NCBI GenBank assembly: GCA_035649175.1
Contig: DASRKB010000033.1
Location: forward strand, 17,605 to 81,604
DNA: 64,000 bases
Source: Burkholderiales bacterium
GTDB taxonomy: Bacteria; Pseudomonadota; Gammaproteobacteria; Burkholderiales; SG8-39
Direction: 5' to 3'
Position 1 is the stretch's first letter, and each line of letters begins with the position of its first letter. Made by a program: the position numbers and the translations under genes. Below, in pieces: positions 63,490 through 64,000 of the stretch. The notes under the pieces are model-generated. The model was not told the origin of the DNA, searched no databases, and worked only from the letters and a program-made list of their open reading frames with translations.

Positions 63490-64000
63490 CAGAGGATGCC
63501 CTTCAGGAAGGCGGAGATGTGGCCGATTTCCTCGATGCATACCGAATGGGGCATGGCGTACTCGCGCCATTGGACCCTGTATCCCATGCGGGTCAGCAGG
63601 TCGCGCGATGCTGCCGCACGGGGCAGGGGAATAATGTCGTCGAGCCGTCCGTGCGCCATGAAGATCGGAAGGTTTCCATTCTCTTCCGAGACTTCCTTCT
63701 CTACGGTTGCCTGGAGCGGAACATACGTCGACAGAGCGACCACGCCGGCCAAGGGCTTCCGGTAGCGAAGCGCGGTGTGCAGGACGATCGCCCCGCCCTG
63801 CGAGAATCCGGCGAGCACAATGCGCTCGGGCGGCACGCCGGCCTGGGCGATCAAGCCCTCGACGATCTTCTGCGACTCGCGCACGCCTGCCTCGTCCTCG
63901 GGCCCGGGCCCCAACTGCAGGATGTCGTACCACGCGCGCATGCGCATGCCGCCGTTGATCGTCACCGGCCGGACCGGCGCGTCGGGAAAGATGAAGCGCA
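63489..64000 (-). CDS. phospholipase/carboxylesterase-family (acyl-protein-thioesterase-like) alpha/beta hydrolase, C-terminal ~170 codons (gene starts beyond the right edge)
   Basis: Track ORF 63489..63965(-). The frame stays open to the window end (..RFIFPDAPVRPVTINGGMRMRAWYDI..). Nucleophile elbow GFSQGG, acid HGRLDDIIP and histidine MPHSV are present. Confidence 0.8.
   Translation of the reverse strand, partial: RFIFPDAPVRPVTINGGMRMRAWYDILQLGPGPEDEAGVRESQKIVEGLIAQAGVPPERIVLAGFSQGGAIVLHTALRYRKPLAGVVALSTYVPLQATVEKEVSEENGNLPIFMAHGRLDDIIPLPRAAASRDLLTRMGYRVQWREYAMPHSVCIEEIGHISAFLKGIL

Overview
This is visibly GC-rich, extremely gene-dense bacterial chromosomal DNA; third codon positions are almost all G/C and the gene families look proteobacterial. 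I call 64 protein-coding genes (two cut by the window edges), three hairpin terminators and a few candidate operator sites. I found no rRNA, tRNA, CRISPR array, transposase, integrase or phage gene. The window is mainly an uptake and catabolism region for aromatic and organic acids. (i) A LysR-associated operon carries two tandem iorA paralogs plus iorB (indolepyruvate/2-oxoacid:ferredoxin oxidoreductase), a gentisate-1,2-dioxygenase-type bicupin, an alpha/beta hydrolase and a transglutaminase-like protein. (ii) A 10-gene TetR-led operon carries an acyl-CoA ligase, a Liv-type (HAAT) ABC transporter and a TRAP transporter. (iii) Divergent from it are three MetE-fold genes, tag and a stand-alone FAD monooxygenase. 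(iv) A MarR-led 2-aminobenzoyl-CoA/salicylyl-CoA-type cluster carries enoyl-CoA hydratase, acyl-CoA dehydrogenase, aryl-CoA ligase, RidA and a fused FAD-monooxygenase/OYE-reductase. (v) Further genes are 3-hydroxybenzoate-6-hydroxylase-like, Rieske oxygenase alpha/beta, ubiX, two LLM oxidoreductases, SDR, DapA-like and FMN alpha-hydroxyacid dehydrogenase. (vi) A second Liv-type ABC operon lies divergent from two QueG/RdhA-like Fe-S proteins and a PaaK-like ligase. (vii) Envelope and housekeeping genes include an OmpA lipoprotein, an IlvD/Edd dehydratase, ybaN, LemA plus an M48 peptidase, a PA2778/PA2779-type pair, a YdiJ-like FAD/Fe-S oxidase, and thyA translationally coupled to a bare Hanks kinase and an esterase. 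Most same-strand junctions are start/stop overlaps (ATGA, GTGA, TTGA, TGATG). I chose starts from the N-termini expected for each family plus these couplings; several are GTG or TTG. Many long ORFs in the track are out-of-frame or antisense artefacts of the high GC. The best candidates for undescribed biology are the QueG-like pair with the PaaK-like ligase, the IOR/gentisate-dioxygenase operon with duplicated iorA, the MetE-fold triple with the truncated monooxygenase, the PA2778/PA2779 pair and the esterase-kinase-thyA unit. All functional calls rest on by-eye motif and family recognition; no database search was run.
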